The notes under the pieces were generated by a model. The model ran no database searches and was not told where the DNA came from. It worked only from the letters and a program-made list of their open reading frames with translations. A DNA stretch of 64,000 nt. It comes from Bacteroidales bacterium (GTDB taxonomy: Bacteria > Bacteroidota > Bacteroidia > Bacteroidales > WCHB1-69). Shown piece after piece: positions 22,618 through 31,891 of the stretch (the first letter of the stretch is position 1; every line of letters starts with the position of its first letter). The DNA lies in NCBI GenBank assembly GCA_024400755.1, contig JAKSMG010000011.1, positions 3,733 to 67,732 on the forward strand. The letters run 5' to 3'. The position numbers and the translations under genes were made by a program.

Positions 22618-23067
22618 TTAATTGAGTTCAGAAGGATTGGTTCCGCCTTTTACCGTGATACCCATACTTCTTGCCGTACCGGCAACCATGCTCATAGCAG
22701 ATTTAATCTCGAAGCAATTTAAATCCGGCATTTTAACTTCAGCGATGGTTTTTACCTGGTCCCAAGTAAGCGTGGCCACTTTGTTTCGGTTAGGTTCCTT
22801 AGATCCTTTTTGAATTTTAGCAGCTTCCAACAATTGGACTGCTACGGGTGGCGTTTTGGTGACAAAATCGAAAGATTTATCCTTGTAAACAGTAATGATT
22901 ACCGGCACTAACTTGCCAGCCAAATCTTGCGTACGAGCATTGAACTGCTTGCAAAATTCCATAATGTTCACGCCCTTTGCACCTAAGGCAGGTCCTACTG
23001 GGGGAGATGGATTAGCGGCGCCACCTTTAATCTGTAACTTAATAAGTCCAGCTACTTCTTTTGCCAT
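22618..23067 (-). CDS. rplK: 50S ribosomal protein L11
   Basis: [12 protein letters not shown] and GTARSMGI motifs. Confidence 0.99.
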   Translation of the reverse strand: MAKEVAGLIKLQIKGGAANPSPPVGPALGAKGVNIMEFCKQFNARTQDLAGKLVPVIITVYKDKSFDFVTKTPPVAVQLLEAAKIQKGSKEPNRNKVATLTWDQVKTIAEVKMPDLNCFEIKSAMSMVAGTARSMGITVKGGTNPSELN

Positions 23068-23109
23068 TTTTGTTAATTTTTTTTTGTTTGTAACTAATAT
23101 AATTGGTAT

Positions 23110-23661
23110 TTATACCTTTTCAACCTGCATAAAACTCAGCTCAAGCGGGGTTTTACGACCGAAGATTTTCACCATAACCTTCAGTTTCTTCTTCTCGGGA
23201 TTGATTTCTTCAATAATCCCGTTAAAAGTGCTGAAAGGACCGTCAATGACCTTGATTTCCTCACCCACGATGAAAGGAAGCGTAAATGACTCGTCTTGCT
23301 CAAGCAATTCATCCACTTTTCCCAACATACGAGTGACTTCGGCAGGACGCAAAGGCACAGGTGGATCCGTTTTCTTCTTGCAACCCACGAAGCCCAAAAC
23401 GCCGGGAATATTCAATAAGACATGGAAGACTTCTCCCAGCATCATTGCCTCAACAAAGATGTAACCCGGGAAATAGTTTCTTTCCTTACTAATTTTCTTT
23501 CCATTGCGGATCTGGTAATACTTCTCGGTTGGAATCAAGACGCACGACACAAAGTCCTTGATATGGGAAGCCTCAATTTCGCTTTCGATATTCTGCTTCA
23601 CCTTTTTCTCAGTACCAGTGACCGTCTTAATCACATACCACTTGCGTTCGATCTCTGCCAT
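23110..23661 (-). CDS. nusG: Transcription termination/antitermination factor NusG
   Basis: WYV, FPGYIFV, KOW motif VIDGPF and IFGRKTPLEL. Confidence 0.98.
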   Translation of the reverse strand: MAEIERKWYVIKTVTGTEKKVKQNIESEIEASHIKDFVSCVLIPTEKYYQIRNGKKISKERNYFPGYIFVEAMMLGEVFHVLLNIPGVLGFVGCKKKTDPPVPLRPAEVTRMLGKVDELLEQDESFTLPFIVGEEIKVIDGPFSTFNGIIEEINPEKKKLKVMVKIFGRKTPLELSFMQVEKV

Positions 23662-23704
23662 TTCAATTCGTTTACGGTTAAATACCTAATTAAACTACCG
23701 AAAA

Positions 23705-23893
23705 TTAAATAGTCGGGAAGAGCAAGCCCATCCCTGCGTTAAACAGCGCGTCCATCAAAAACACGATAAGTGCTATTATAAGGGAAGCAATAGACACAAC
23801 CAAAACGCTACTTTGAAGATCTTTTGCTGACGGCCATGACACTTTGCGTACCAATTCGTCATAAGTTTCTTTAAGGTAATTTACTATTTTCAT
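23705..23893 (-). CDS. secE: Preprotein translocase subunit SecE
   Basis: ELVRKVSWP plus one TM helix, upstream of nusG. Confidence 0.93.
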   Translation of the reverse strand: MKIVNYLKETYDELVRKVSWPSAKDLQSSVLVVSIASLIIALIVFLMDALFNAGMGLLFPTI

Positions 23894-24310
23894 CTTCGAA
23901 TAATTTTTTCTAAATTGTATATATACTTTTACTTTTTTCCAACTTTTACCCTTTTTTGAACGAAAATCTCCTTTTTTCCACCATCACAAACATCCATTCT
24001 CTCTCATTTCGGAATTTTCACATGCATTTTTACGCACAATCCACCTCACACCATTCCGTTCATTTTCCACCACACATTTTCCAACACACTCAATCTCAGC
24101 ACGTTACACACCAAAACTTTCGTCACACACTTCTACGCAACATTACATTAGTTAAGGTCGGCAAATATAAAAATTTTATTTATACAAACAACATTTTCTC
24201 AAAAAAAATTTCAACAATTAATTTTATATAGAAAATTTTTGTATTTTTGCACCCTCAAAAAAATACCGATTATTATCCTTTATGTTAGAAAAGGAAAATT
24301 AAGTAAAATC

Positions 24311-24338
24311 GAGGCAATGTGGGTGAAGACATTGTCTC
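24311..24338 (+). promoter_or_regulatory. Hairpin in the rplM 5' leader (candidate ribosomal-protein leader)
   Basis: GAGGCAATGT-N8-ACATTGTCTC 10-bp stem (one G-U) ending 15 nt before the rplM ATG. Confidence 0.5.
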
Positions 24339-24353
24339 ACAAAAAAAACAAAA

Positions 24354-24809
24354 ATGGATCAAATAAGTTACAGAACAATTTCGGCAAACGAAAAGATCGT
24401 AAAAAAAGAATGGGTTGTTGTTGATGCTCAGGAGATGATCGTTGGTAGACTTGCTACTGCAGTTGCCCGCATTCTGAGAGGCAAAAACAAACCTTACTAC
24501 ACCCCTCATTTTGATTGTGGTGACAATGTGATTATCATCAACGCGGAAAAGATCAGATTTACGGGTCACAAGATGACTGACAAAGTTTATGTACACCACA
24601 CTACTTATCCTGGTGGACAACGCTTTGCGACTCCAAGAGAAGTGTTGAAGAAGAACCCCATCAAGGTTGTTGAACACGCCATCAGAGGCATGCTTCCCAA
24701 AAACAGACTGGGAGACCAACTGTTCCGCAATCTTCATGTTTATGCTGGACCAACACATCCACACGAAGGTCAAAATCCAAAAGTAATCAACATTAACGAA
24801 ATCAAATAA
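24354..24809 (+). CDS. rplM: 50S ribosomal protein L13
   Basis: WVVVDA, GKNKPYYTPHFDCGD and GMLPKNRLG motifs. Confidence 0.99.
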   Translation: MDQISYRTISANEKIVKKEWVVVDAQEMIVGRLATAVARILRGKNKPYYTPHFDCGDNVIIINAEKIRFTGHKMTDKVYVHHTTYPGGQRFATPREVLKKNPIKVVEHAIRGMLPKNRLGDQLFRNLHVYAGPTHPHEGQNPKVININEIK

Positions 24810-24814
24810 GAGAG

Positions 24815-25201
24815 ATGGAAGTAATCAATACAATCGGTAGAAGAAAAACCGCCGTTGCCCGTATCTATATGAAAAAAGGTAGTGGCAACATCACGATTAA
24901 CAAACGTGACTATAAAGAATATTTTCAGTTGGCAACCCTGCAATATGTAGTTACCCAACCATTGGCAATCGCCCAGGTAGAAGGTGAATACGACATTAAG
25001 GTTAACCTTGACGGTGGTGGTATGACCGGTCAGGCAGAAGCCCTTCGCCTCGCTATCTCACGCGCTCTTTGCGAAGTTAATCCAGAATTTCGTCCTGCCC
25101 TCAAGTCAAAAGGCCTCTTAAGAAGAGATCCTCGTATGGTAGAACGTAAGAAACCTGGTCAGCCAAAAGCTCGTAGAAGATTCCAGTTCAGCAAACGTTA
25201 A
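24815..25201 (+). CDS. rpsI: 30S ribosomal protein S9
   Basis: GRRKTAVAR and the C-terminal RDPRMVERKKPG...QFSKR. Confidence 0.99.
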   Translation: MEVINTIGRRKTAVARIYMKKGSGNITINKRDYKEYFQLATLQYVVTQPLAIAQVEGEYDIKVNLDGGGMTGQAEALRLAISRALCEVNPEFRPALKSKGLLRRDPRMVERKKPGQPKARRRFQFSKR

Positions 25202-25230
25202 TATATTATACAATATATATTATGCGCTTA

Positions 25231-25305
25231 GTTTAGTATCGAAATTGCGAAGACTTCGAAAGGAACTACTCCGCAATTGATTATTAATCAAAACGAAAGT
25301 AAACA
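25231..25305 (+). promoter_or_regulatory. Candidate structured rpsB leader
   Basis: AATTGCG (25243) ... CGCAATT (25278) stem in the rpsI-rpsB gap; rpsB is autoregulated through a leader RNA in many bacteria. Confidence 0.4.
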
Positions 25306-25321
25306 ATTAACAACAAAAAAA

Positions 25322-26230
25322 ATGGCAAATTTAAAATTTGAAGATTTATTAGAAGCAGGTTGTCACTTTGGACACCTCAGAAGAAAATGGAACCCAGCAA
25401 TGGCCCAATATATTTTTATGGAGAAAAACGGTATCCATATTATCGACCTCTATAAAACTATGGACAAATTGGAAGAGGCTTGCGCCGCTGCCAAACAAAT
25501 TGCTAAATCCGGCCGTAAGATCTTATTTGTGGCTACCAAAAAACAAGCCAAGGACACCGTTGCCGAAATCGTTAAAGGCGTTAACATGCCTTACGTTACT
25601 GAACGTTGGCCTGGTGGTATGCTCACCAACTTCTTCACCATCCGCAAAGCCGTGAAAAAAATGGGTGACATCGACAAATTGATGGCAAGTGACCAATTCA
25701 AGAGCATTTCGAAGCGCGAACAACTGCAAATCACTCGTGAAAGAGCTAAAATGGAAAAGAACCTTGGTTCTATCGCCGACCTTTCTCGCCTTCCCGCAGC
25801 TGTTTTCATCGTTGACGTTCTCAAAGAACACATCGCCGTTGCTGAAGCTCGCAGATTGAACATCAACACTTTCGCTATCGTTGACACCAACTCTAATCCT
25901 AACCTCATCGACTTCCCAATCCCAGCTAACGATGATGCTTCTAAGTCTATTTCTGTTATCGTAAAGGCCATCTGCGACGCTATCGCTGAAGGTTTGAACG
26001 AAAGAAAAATGGATAAAGACAACCAAGACGTCGAAGAAGAAGACGAAGACGTAAGAGTAGCCGAAGCTGCCAACGAAGAAGATGATGATGAAGAAAAGAA
26101 GGAAGACACTAAAAACGTCGTTAAAAAGGTTAAAGCCGTTGCCGAAGACGAAGCTTCTGACGATGACAAGCCAAAAAGAAAAAGAACTACCGGCGTAAAG
26201 AAAGTGGGTACCAACAAAGCTTCTAATTAA
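25322..26230 (+). CDS. rpsB: 30S ribosomal protein S2 with long charged C-terminal tail
   Basis: LLEAGCHFGH, RWPGGMLTN and IPANDDA motifs; ATG at 25322. Confidence 0.98.
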   Translation: MANLKFEDLLEAGCHFGHLRRKWNPAMAQYIFMEKNGIHIIDLYKTMDKLEEACAAAKQIAKSGRKILFVATKKQAKDTVAEIVKGVNMPYVTERWPGGMLTNFFTIRKAVKKMGDIDKLMASDQFKSISKREQLQITRERAKMEKNLGSIADLSRLPAAVFIVDVLKEHIAVAEARRLNINTFAIVDTNSNPNLIDFPIPANDDASKSISVIVKAICDAIAEGLNERKMDKDNQDVEEEDEDVRVAEAANEEDDDEEKKEDTKNVVKKVKAVAEDEASDDDKPKRKRTTGVKKVGTNKASN

Positions 26231-26260
26231 TTTAGTATAAACATTTAAAATTGTAATATT

Positions 26261-27259
26261 ATGGCTATTACAGCTGCTGAAGTAAACAAACTCAGACAAG
26301 AAACCGGCGCTGGCATGATGGACTGCAAAAATGCTCTCGTTGAAGCCAACGGCGATTACGAACAAGCTATCGATATTTTAAGAAAAAAAGGCCAAAAAGT
26401 AGCAGCAAAACGTGCTGACCGTGCTTCTAATGAAGGTCGTGCCATTGCTAAGGTTAACGCCGACAGTACTTTTGGTGCCGTTATCGTGGTTAGCTGCGAA
26501 ACCGACTTCGTTGGCAAAAATGCCGACTTCATCGCCTTCGCTGAAAAGATCATCGATGCCGCCATGGCCGCTAAAGTTAAAACTCGCGATGAATTGATGG
26601 AACTGCCTATCGAAGGCCGCAAAGTTTCCGAATTATTGCTTGATATGACAGGAAAGACTGGTGAAAAAGTGGAACTTCCCGCTTACAACACCATCGAAGC
26701 TCCCTGTGTTGCTTTCTACAACCACAATGGCAACCGCTTGGCTGCCATCGCAGGATTCAATATGGAAGGTGAAAAGGTTGTTGAAGCCGGTCACACCATC
26801 GCTATGCAGATTTCAGCTATGAATCCTATGGCTGTTGACGAAAACGGACTTTCTCAAGAAGTTAAAGACCACGAATTGGAAATCGGTAAAGAAAAAACCG
26901 TTACCGAATTGATTCAAAAAGCCGTTGAAGTTGCTTTGAAGAAAGCTAACATCAATCCTAACCTCGTGGATTCTGACGACCATATCGCTTCCAACATCAC
27001 CAAGGGTTGGTTGACCGAAGAAGAAGCCAACAAGGCTCGTGAAATCAAAGCCACTGTTGCCGAAGAAAAAGCTCAAAATATCGACAATAAGATGGTTGAA
27101 AATATCGCCAAAGGTCGTTTGAACAAGTTCGTCAAAGAAAACACGTTGCTTGGTCAAGAATTTATTATGGATGGTAAATTAACCGTTGCCGACTATATGA
27201 AACAAATCGACGGTAATCTCAAATGCACCGGTTTCTGCCGCGTACAATTGGGTGCCTAA
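26261..27259 (+). CDS. tsf: Elongation factor Ts (long Bacteroidales form)
   Basis: LRQETGAGMMDCK and CETDFV motifs. Confidence 0.98.
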   Translation: MAITAAEVNKLRQETGAGMMDCKNALVEANGDYEQAIDILRKKGQKVAAKRADRASNEGRAIAKVNADSTFGAVIVVSCETDFVGKNADFIAFAEKIIDAAMAAKVKTRDELMELPIEGRKVSELLLDMTGKTGEKVELPAYNTIEAPCVAFYNHNGNRLAAIAGFNMEGEKVVEAGHTIAMQISAMNPMAVDENGLSQEVKDHELEIGKEKTVTELIQKAVEVALKKANINPNLVDSDDHIASNITKGWLTEEEANKAREIKATVAEEKAQNIDNKMVENIAKGRLNKFVKENTLLGQEFIMDGKLTVADYMKQIDGNLKCTGFCRVQLGA

Positions 27260-27280
27260 TTAGGTTTCATTTCTTGATAC

Positions 27281-27315
27281 AAAAGAGGATGTCTAACGAC
27301 ATCCTCTTTTTTTTT
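27281..27315 (+). terminator. Intrinsic terminator after tsf
   Basis: AAAAGAGGATGTC-TAAC-GACATCCTCTTTTTTTT. Confidence 0.85.
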
Positions 27316-27379
27316 CGCCATTATCTCGATTAGTCTTGTATAAAGTACTTTATTTCTCAATCTCTTAATTAAAACCTGC

Positions 27380-27722
27380 GGTAGCAATTGGAGCGAACAC
27401 GGAGCGACAGCGGCTGACACAATAGCGAAATTTTTAGTGAACCGCAGCAACCACCCCGGCCTGCGGCCACCCCTCCTTTTAAGGAGGGGAATTTTTTGCG
27501 TGGCTGCCACCAAGCGAAGTAAAGCGGAAAGTGCGACCCGAGCGCAGCGAGGGGACCGCCCAAATCATCAAAATCCACCCCAAATAATATGCTTTGGTCT
27601 TGTAAGAGATTCCGCCTCTGCTTCGCATCGGCGGAATGGTGATGAGTCATTGAGCAAGAAGTGGCGACGACGGAAAACAACTGCGATTTAGTTCGGACGC
27701 TTTGTCGCCGCAAACATCTCAA
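27380..27722. repeat. GC-rich intergenic cluster of REP/MITE-like palindromes
   Basis: CCCCTCCTT-TT-AAGGAGGGG, ATTCCGCC...GGCGGAAT, GCGAC...GTCGC and GAGCGCAGCGAG motifs; no credible ORF. Confidence 0.6.
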
Positions 27723-27827
27723 CAAGATTAAACGGAATAATTCAGATAATTTTTAATTGACGACCTTAACAAAAGAAATTTTTATTAATATTGCAAAATG
27801 ATTATTATGCAGTAAAATATAAAGACT

Positions 27828-30281
27828 ATGATAAAGAAAATATTCCTTTCGTTTTTCGTCATTTTATTATCAATCAGCAATTTGGCATATTGCCAAGTAG
27901 AAAATCCATATTTGGATTTCAATCCGGAAAAATTGAAAACGCAAAAAGAATACACCAAAAATTTCAATCCCGGCAACTTTAAAAGCAATGTCCTTTACAA
28001 TTGTATGATTGATATGATCAATCTGGCTCGCGAAGAATATTCTTTCGTCGAACCCCTCAAAACCGACAAGAGCATGGACGAATGTGCCCAGATGCAAGCG
28101 GACTATCAAGCCCTCAAAGACGAAAAAGGCGTTCTGAACGAACCACCCTACCGCACGACTTTCTTCCGCCTGAAAAAATACGGTCTCACCTATCACGCCA
28201 TCGAATTGGTCTCCAAAGCCAAGGCCACGATGGGAACGCAAGAATACAGCTATTACGACCTCTGTTTCGAATTAATCAAGCCCATCCTCAAAAATATCAA
28301 GACAGCCAAGCAACTGTTAGACAAACAATACACTTACGTTGGTTTTGGCTATGAAACCGACGAATATATGAAAAGTATGTACATTTCTTTGATCTTGGGC
28401 AACGACTTATCCTTTAATCCCGACGCACCAGACCCAATGGCCAAGGATGTTCCTTTTTCAAAAAACAAAAACGGAATGACCTATTACGATGAAAAGGTTT
28501 GCAACAAGTGCGCTTCCGACAAGAACCTCGAAGTCCTCTCCGACTATATCCAGGTGAAGGACAACGAAGTCTTTATCAATTGCGGTGACCACAAGGCCCT
28601 GAAAAGATTAATCGGCAAAGAAGGCGACGCCATCGTTTTGGACTTTGTTCAACACAGCCAATATGACTGCGAGGGCAATACCATCGACAATGACAGAATT
28701 AACCGTGGATTTATTTCAAAACCGATACTTTTTGAAAAGATGCTGGCCGACAACACCATCAAGGACAAAAAATCGACCAAGCTTTATGCCAAGATTGCGG
28801 ACGTGCCCGAATTAATTGAAGACAATGCCGATTTCGACATCAATATTATCGTTCTGAAAGAAGAAAAATACGCTTGCCGAACGATTATCAAAAAAGCTAT
28901 CGAGTGCAAAAAAGCCGATTACAAAGCCAAAATCAACTACAAGCCCGACTACGAAACAATGAAAGGCACCGGCGACTGGGTTGCCTCTGCCGAGGAAGGA
29001 ACCCACTCCTGCAAATTTGCCCTTATCGATAAAAAACTGACTTATACCTGGGCCGACTTGGATTCAAGCATTCAAGCCATTGACGCCCCCGCCTACCATA
29101 TCAACAGCATCGACATTATTGCGCAAAATTCCATCAACTACAGCACGGACAAAACGCAAAACGGCAATATGAAAAAACGTGCCGAAAGCATCAAGAAAGC
29201 ACTTGAGCAACAATATCCCGGCATCACGGTCAATATTACCTACAGCGACGGTTGGGAAGATTTCAAGCACGACGTGAACAAGCATCCCGACTACTATGAC
29301 CTGACGCTTTACTCCAAAGCCGAAGCCATTCAAAGTCTCAAGGCCAACAACAATGAGATTGCCAAAGCACTGGAAAAAGACTACCTTTCCAAGCACAGAT
29401 ACATCAAACTGGTGCTGCACGTGACTTACGACATCGCCGGCGAACAGGAACAAGCCTTTACCGTTTGGAAATTTAACAAGGCAATGGCCAAGAAAAACTA
29501 TAAATTGGCCACTTCCATCGAAAACTATATGATTAAAAAGGTGGAAGCCAACGAATATGCCTTGGAAACCGTGAAAAAAATCAAAATTCCCGCCAACAAA
29601 GACTACCAGCAACTGTTAAACAACAAATTGTATATGCAGTATTTCCTTGCGTCCAATCTCAGCGACGACCTGGTGGCACAAATGGAGAAAGTGGCGGCCT
29701 ACGAGCCCACCAACCCCATCGTGATGTATAATGTCGTTGTGGGAAAAGTTTGCCAAACACCCATCAGTTCATTGGCAGACATCACCAAGACGCAAGCCGA
29801 AATCGACAAACTTTACGCCTGCCCCACCCTTTCCAAAGAAGACATCAACAACCTCAACCTGGAATATCAATTTAAGATTATAGACTATATCAACGACAAT
29901 CCAAGCACGGCGGAAGGCGCGATGGTTTACAATGCCACCTTTGATAAAATCAAGACCATCACCAATAAAAAATTGGAAAATTGGCAGAACGCATACAAAT
30001 TGGCTTCGTATTTTGTCAAGAACCACGATTACCAATATGCCTTAAGCATTATGGAGCCATTTTTGAGTGACGAAAGCATCTCCAACGATTTTCTATTCTC
30101 GTATATCAGCATTGCCGCACACCGCGAAGAAAGCTATATGAGCAGTTTCTTCACCAATGCGGTTAAAATGGCCAATGATCGTGCCGCGGCTCGTTTGTGC
30201 GGTTTATTCGACAAGCTGCCCATCTGTGTTTTTGACAATGTTGAAGTGAAGAAATTAATCTGCAAATCCTGCGGAAGATAA
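27828..30281 (+). CDS. Large secreted hypothetical protein (possible CAP-like N-terminal domain, helical C-terminus)
   Basis: 817-aa ORF with signal peptide and host-like codon usage. INLAREE...AQMQADY and YTYVGFG resemble CAP/SCP segments. Confidence 0.7.
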   Translation: MIKKIFLSFFVILLSISNLAYCQVENPYLDFNPEKLKTQKEYTKNFNPGNFKSNVLYNCMIDMINLAREEYSFVEPLKTDKSMDECAQMQADYQALKDEKGVLNEPPYRTTFFRLKKYGLTYHAIELVSKAKATMGTQEYSYYDLCFELIKPILKNIKTAKQLLDKQYTYVGFGYETDEYMKSMYISLILGNDLSFNPDAPDPMAKDVPFSKNKNGMTYYDEKVCNKCASDKNLEVLSDYIQVKDNEVFINCGDHKALKRLIGKEGDAIVLDFVQHSQYDCEGNTIDNDRINRGFISKPILFEKMLADNTIKDKKSTKLYAKIADVPELIEDNADFDINIIVLKEEKYACRTIIKKAIECKKADYKAKINYKPDYETMKGTGDWVASAEEGTHSCKFALIDKKLTYTWADLDSSIQAIDAPAYHINSIDIIAQNSINYSTDKTQNGNMKKRAESIKKALEQQYPGITVNITYSDGWEDFKHDVNKHPDYYDLTLYSKAEAIQSLKANNNEIAKALEKDYLSKHRYIKLVLHVTYDIAGEQEQAFTVWKFNKAMAKKNYKLATSIENYMIKKVEANEYALETVKKIKIPANKDYQQLLNNKLYMQYFLASNLSDDLVAQMEKVAAYEPTNPIVMYNVVVGKVCQTPISSLADITKTQAEIDKLYACPTLSKEDINNLNLEYQFKIIDYINDNPSTAEGAMVYNATFDKIKTITNKKLENWQNAYKLASYFVKNHDYQYALSIMEPFLSDESISNDFLFSYISIAAHREESYMSSFFTNAVKMANDRAAARLCGLFDKLPICVFDNVEVKKLICKSCGR

Positions 30282-30311
30282 TATTATTACGCACTACTCG
30301 CATCAGCAACT

Positions 30312-31367
30312 ATGACCGAAGAAAAAATTTCCGCTGAAGAAAAGGACGAAAAAGACGAACTATACGAACATTTTCGATTTACGGTAGATAAGGGTACTGA
30401 AATGCTGCGCATTGACAAGTACTTGATGAACCTGATTCCAAACACCTCGCGCAACAAGATTCAACAGGCGGCGAAAGCCAACTGCATCCTTGTCAACGGA
30501 AAAGCGGAGAAGCAAAACTACCGGGTTCATCCTTTGGATGTGATTTCCATTTTAATGCCGCAACCTTTGCGTGACATTGAAATCATTCCTGAAGATATTC
30601 CTTTAGACGTTCCATACGAAGATGACGATTTCCTCATTGTCAACAAGCAGCCGGGACTGGTTGTTCACCCTGCCTACGGAAACTATACGGGAACATTAGT
30701 CAATGCGTTAACATACAGATTTTTAGGCAAAAAAGATACGGACGGCAACGACCAACGACCTTTGCTGGTACATCGTATTGACAAGAACACTTCCGGCATT
30801 ATGATCGTGGCGAAAAACGAATTATCGCAAATGACCTTGGCCAAGCGTTTTTTCAATCACGACTTGGAACGCAAATATTGGGCATTGGTTTGGGGCGATT
30901 TCAAGGAAGACGAAGGCACCATCGTCGGCAATGTGGGGCGTAATCCCAAAGACCGGCTGGTGATGACGGTTTTCCCCGAAGGCAGTGACCAGGGCAAGCA
31001 CGCCGTTACCCATTGGAAAGTTATCGAACGCTTTGGCTATGTGACCTTAGTGGAATGTCAGTTGGAAACCGGACGGACACACCAAATCAGGGTACACATG
31101 AAATACATCGGTCATCCGTTATTTAATGACGAAACCTACGGCGGCGACCAGATTTTGAAGGGAACCACCTTCAGCAAATACAAGCAATTTATTGAAAACT
31201 GTTTCCGGTTGATGCCGCGACAAGCCTTACACGCGAAATCTTTAGGCATCATCCATCCTTCGACAGGAAAGTATATGCTTTTTGATTCTGAATTGCCAGA
31301 AGACTTTTCCGCCGTCATTGAAAAATGGCGGAATTACGCCAAGCACAAGGAATTAGAGGAAGAATAA
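30312..31367 (+). CDS. rluD: RluA-family 23S rRNA pseudouridine synthase (RluD-like)
   Basis: S4 domain, NKQPGLVVHP, HRIDKNTSG, LETGRTHQIRVH and RQALHA motifs. Confidence 0.92.
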   Translation: MTEEKISAEEKDEKDELYEHFRFTVDKGTEMLRIDKYLMNLIPNTSRNKIQQAAKANCILVNGKAEKQNYRVHPLDVISILMPQPLRDIEIIPEDIPLDVPYEDDDFLIVNKQPGLVVHPAYGNYTGTLVNALTYRFLGKKDTDGNDQRPLLVHRIDKNTSGIMIVAKNELSQMTLAKRFFNHDLERKYWALVWGDFKEDEGTIVGNVGRNPKDRLVMTVFPEGSDQGKHAVTHWKVIERFGYVTLVECQLETGRTHQIRVHMKYIGHPLFNDETYGGDQILKGTTFSKYKQFIENCFRLMPRQALHAKSLGIIHPSTGKYMLFDSELPEDFSAVIEKWRNYAKHKELEEE

Positions 31368-31414
31368 GCATTTTCACCCATCATCATTCAGACTTTATCG
31401 ATTTATTATCAATC

Positions 31415-31879
31415 ATGGAAAAGACCAATGTCATGCGGATTTTGAGTCAAAAGGGCATCGAATTCACCCCACACGAATACGATGACACCATCACCGAAGG
31501 CGAAAAAATCGCAGAACTGCTCAACGAATCTCCAGAATCGGTATTTAAGACCTTGGTCACCGTTGCCAACACGGGAGAACATTATGTATTTGTCATTCCT
31601 GTTTGCTGCACTCTTGACCTCAAAAAGGCCGCCTCGGCTGCTGGCGTGAAAAACATCGCCATGATCAAGCAAAAAGAGCTGCTTCCACTTACAGGTTACA
31701 TCCACGGCGGCTGCTCCCCCATCGGCATGAAAAAGCCCTTTCCGACCTTTGTGGAAGAAAGCGCCACCCTATGCGACCGAATTTTCTTCAGTGCAGGGAA
31801 AGTCGGCTATCAGGTGGAAGTCGCCCCCGACCAACTCGTTGAGCTGATTGGTGCCAGCTATTGCGATTTGATAGGGTAA
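31415..31879 (+). CDS. ybaK: Cys-tRNA(Pro) deacylase YbaK/EbsC
   Basis: KTNVMRIL, VFKTLV, TGYIHGGCSPIGMKK and SAGKVG motifs; true start likely ATG 31415. Confidence 0.92.
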   Translation: MEKTNVMRILSQKGIEFTPHEYDDTITEGEKIAELLNESPESVFKTLVTVANTGEHYVFVIPVCCTLDLKKAASAAGVKNIAMIKQKELLPLTGYIHGGCSPIGMKKPFPTFVEESATLCDRIFFSAGKVGYQVEVAPDQLVELIGASYCDLIG

Positions 31880-31891
31880 GTCGCAAAAAAA

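Noticed and set aside
23894-24240. Expected tRNA-Trp upstream of secE, and ORF 23956-24231
   Set aside because: No cloverleaf or T-loop signature found. The ORF is a His/Phe-rich product of strand skew.
26880-27070. Insertion in EF-Ts as a novelty
   Set aside because: A ~330-aa EF-Ts is the known long form in Bacteroidales.
27256-27725. Short ORFs downstream of tsf
   Set aside because: They translate palindromic repeat DNA and show no coding signature.
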